DNA of 64,000 nucleotides. Source: Gemmatimonadales bacterium. GTDB taxonomy: Bacteria; Gemmatimonadota; Gemmatimonadetes; Gemmatimonadales; GWC2-71-9. The translations under genes were made by a program, and so were the position numbers. Position 1 is the first letter of the stretch, and every line of letters starts with the position of its first letter. The stretch covers positions 902 through 64,901 of the forward strand of contig DATBLG010000005.1 of the NCBI GenBank assembly GCA_036555485.1, in the 5' to 3' direction. A model generated the notes under the pieces. That model made no database searches, had not been told where the DNA came from, and saw only the letters and a list, made by a program, of their open reading frames with translations. Of the stretch, positions 61,819-64,000 are shown in pieces.

Positions 61819-63521
61819 TCGGGCGCTCCGGCCGCGGGCACCTCCACAATGAACCGTGAGCCGGCACCGGGCGACGTTTCGACGCGCAGCCGTCCGCTCG
61901 CGTCGGTGACAAGCCGGCGCACGATCGACAGGCCGAGACCGGTACCGCCCGGCTTGGTGGAATAGAAATCCTGGAACGCGCGCTCCAGCTCCGCCTCGGT
62001 CATTCCCTTCCCCGTATCCTCGATCACCACCCGCACGGTCGGCGGTTGACCCTCCTCACCGGCTGGAGCCGTGGACACCGTGACCAGGCCGGGCTGGGAC
62101 GCAAGACTCTCCACCGCATTGCTCACGAGGTTCTGGAGGATGCGGCGCAACGCGAGGGGGTCGATGCGCGCTTCGGGCAGAGCGTCCGCCAGGTGCAGCG
62201 TGAGCTCCGCCGAACCCGCCGGCACTTGCTGCACGGCTTCTCGGGTCACGGCGTTCACGTCGCACCCTGCCGTCTCGGTCGTGGGTGAGAGTTTCGCGTA
62301 GTGAGCCGCGAGGCCTTCGAGGTAGCTGAGGCTCGAGGCCAGCGTGTGCCGGCGCTCGGCGAACACCTTGGGCAGCTCCGTCGGTCGGTCGCGCGCGATC
62401 TGCGCGAGGTGGCGCAGCACGTTGCGCAGCGGGGCGAGACCGTTTTTCATGTCGTGGTTCACCTGTTGCGCCAACTCACCCGTCGCCGCCTTGCGCTCGG
62501 CTTCGCGCAGGCGGGCGGCGCCACTGCGCAGCCGCTCCGTCATCTCGCCGAGCAGGCGCTCGAGCGCGCCGATCTCGTCGTTCCGGTCGCTCGCGAACAC
62601 GACGTCGAGGCGGTCCACGTCGATCTCGGTGGTCTTCCCCGCCAATTCGGCAAGCGGCAGGCTGACCCGAGAAGCCAACCACCCGGCCAGAACGAGCGTG
62701 ACGAGCAGCGTCGTGAGCACCGCGGCCGCGAACCAGAAATCCACGCTGCGCTGGATCTCACGCAACCCGGTGAGCGGAGCCGCGATCACGAGACGCGCCG
62801 GTACCAGTCGGGCGCTATCCGGACGTGACTGGTCCACGAACGGGATGGGAAGCTCGCTCACCACTTCGTCGGGCCGCACCGTTGTGTCCCGCAAGCGGGA
62901 GTACAGGGTATCGCCGGGCATGATGAGCGAGACGGTGAGCGTGCTGTCTCTGGCCAGTCGGGCGAGGAATCCCGAGTCCACCGCGACTCCGCCCACGACA
63001 GTGAACCGCCGGTCGGCGAGGGGCAGCGAGTCGAGTCGCGCCAGCGCGGTGAATGGCCCTTCCGCGGTACGCGCGTCGACCAGGGCGAGCCCGTTGGGGG
63101 CCGTGGGAAGCAGCATGGGGAGCGCGGGCTCGGCACGGTCGAATTCGTTGCGGAAATGGCCGGAGCTCACGATCCGCCCCGAGTCATCCTGGATCTGGAG
63201 CAAGTCGAGCCCCGCCAGTCGCATCGCCGTGCCGGTGTAGTCAAGGAGATACGGCCGCAGCGCAGAGTCACGTTGCACCGCGGCGAGTCGCAAGCGATTG
63301 TCCGCCACCGCCGCGCCACGCAGCCGGGCCAGTCGCGTGGCGAGCACCGTTCCCTGCCGCTCCAGGTCCCGCCCGATCAGATCGACGAGCGCGGCCACGC
63401 GCACGCGATACTGCTCGGCGATCCGCTGCCGCACGGCGCGCCGCACCCCGAGCCCGAAGATGATGAGCGGGATCAGCACGACCGGCGCCGTAGCCAGAAG
63501 GATGCGGGTGCGAAAGGTCAT
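61815..63521 (-). CDS. Sensor histidine kinase (two TM helices, periplasmic domain, HAMP, HisKA, HATPase_c)
   Basis: ORF 61815..63797. The ATG at 63521 gives MTFRTRILLATAPVVLIPLIIFGL. It has an H-box (QVNHDMKNGLAPL) and a G-box (GTGLGLSIV). Its stop overlaps the regulator start. Confidence 0.85.
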   Translation of the reverse strand: MTFRTRILLATAPVVLIPLIIFGLGVRRAVRQRIAEQYRVRVAALVDLIGRDLERQGTVLATRLARLRGAAVADNRLRLAAVQRDSALRPYLLDYTGTAMRLAGLDLLQIQDDSGRIVSSGHFRNEFDRAEPALPMLLPTAPNGLALVDARTAEGPFTALARLDSLPLADRRFTVVGGVAVDSGFLARLARDSTLTVSLIMPGDTLYSRLRDTTVRPDEVVSELPIPFVDQSRPDSARLVPARLVIAAPLTGLREIQRSVDFWFAAAVLTTLLVTLVLAGWLASRVSLPLAELAGKTTEIDVDRLDVVFASDRNDEIGALERLLGEMTERLRSGAARLREAERKAATGELAQQVNHDMKNGLAPLRNVLRHLAQIARDRPTELPKVFAERRHTLASSLSYLEGLAAHYAKLSPTTETAGCDVNAVTREAVQQVPAGSAELTLHLADALPEARIDPLALRRILQNLVSNAVESLASQPGLVTVSTAPAGEEGQPPTVRVVIEDTGKGMTEAELERAFQDFYSTKPGGTGLGLSIVRRLVTDASGRLRVETSPGAGSRFIVEVPAAGAPE

Positions 63522-63525
63522 AGGA

Positions 63526-63999
63526 TCATCGGACGCGAAGGATCCCGTCCCAGTCCACGGTAAACGCCGCCGCGCCCCGGCGCACGATGACGTGGCGGCG
63601 TGTGTCCACGAGGGGTTCGAGGCCGGCACCCGCCGCGGCGAGCCAGGGGGCCCGCAAGAGGAGCCTCCGGACTTCGGCACAGGGATCGAGCGCGGCGCGC
63701 GGCAACGACACCACGTAGTGCGACAACCCACCTGCGGCCAGTGCCACCGCGAAGTCCGACGCCGGCACCCCGAGCGCGCGTGTCGACACCAGCCCAACGG
63801 TCCCGAGGGCGACGAGCCGTTCCGCCAGATCGCGCGCGGGCCGATCGTCGTCGGCGTACGCCAGAGACCCGCGCGAAGACCCCGATAGTGAAGACCCTGC
63901 GAACGGTGGCGGGGCGCCCCGACAAGACTCGAACGCGAACCACCAGAACTGTGGGGCCGCCGTCGCTGGTCGAGCGGCGACGCGCACCGCGTCGCGAGC
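63526..63999 (-). CDS. Hypothetical protein, C-terminal part (gene continues beyond the window); possibly a periplasmic solute-binding-like protein
   Basis: The frame is open to the window edge and the stop lies 4 nt upstream of the kinase start. The product assignment is weak. Confidence 0.4.
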   Translation of the reverse strand, partial: ARDAVRVAARPATAAPQFWWFAFESCRGAPPPFAGSSLSGSSRGSLAYADDDRPARDLAERLVALGTVGLVSTRALGVPASDFAVALAAGGLSHYVVSLPRAALDPCAEVRRLLLRAPWLAAAGAGLEPLVDTRRHVIVRRGAAAFTVDWDGILRVR

Positions 64000-64000
64000 G

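Overview
GC-rich (roughly two thirds G+C by eye) bacterial chromosomal segment, densely coding on both strands. I support about 56 protein genes. I found no rRNA, tRNA, CRISPR array, transposase, integrase or phage genes. The gene content (SusD-like lipoproteins and CRTAC1/ASPIC-UnbV FG-GAP proteins in a high-GC genome, PuuD urate hydroxylase, LigD/Ku) suggests a Gemmatimonadota-like soil bacterium; this is inference only.

Gene blocks, in order:
- 1-15154: a PUL-like surface locus with two tandem SusD paralogs, three CRTAC1 paralogs, a GH3 beta-glucosidase, a creatininase-family gene and two mini lipoproteins made of a TonB-receptor plug fragment.
- 13391-18692: a translationally coupled CRTAC1 plus three-membrane-protein operon.
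- 19056-22622: an OmpR-type two-component pair and two hypotheticals.
- 22623-27282: a serine hydrolase, NupC, DinB and a rhomboid protease.
- 27279-32704: an extended NHEJ locus (EVE, alpha/beta hydrolase, LigD, Ku, MerR-TPR).
- 33576-35852: an exported redox module containing a Bcp/PrxQ peroxiredoxin whose catalytic Cys codon is an in-frame TGA (candidate selenocysteine), next to TlpA and CcdA.
- 35872-39315: Tag and a UvrD-like helicase with an inserted DEDDh exonuclease domain.
- 39422-45799: MSOX-family oxidase, proline dehydrogenase, a ThDP enzyme and a serine hydrolase.
- 45901-50619: a complete urate-to-ureidoglycolate cluster (allB, alc, uraD, uraH, puuD).
- 51409-55913: a molybdenum hydroxylase L-S-M operon plus an alcohol dehydrogenase.
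- 55994-59292: an aldehyde dehydrogenase coupled to a Ser/Thr kinase.
- 59352-63521: a TPR lipoprotein downstream of an NtrC-type kinase/regulator pair.

Many neighbouring genes overlap by ATGA or GTGA, and I used this to choose start codons. Most very long ORFs in the track that run antisense to these genes are GC-bias artefacts.

Most noteworthy non-standard signals:
- the UGA-containing peroxiredoxin;
- a family of six elements built from tandem 7-nt repeats, several forming long hairpins; two sit in-frame inside genes and one supplies a stop codon;
- a four-unit array of about 73-bp hairpin-containing repeats next to a low-GC frameshifted membrane gene.
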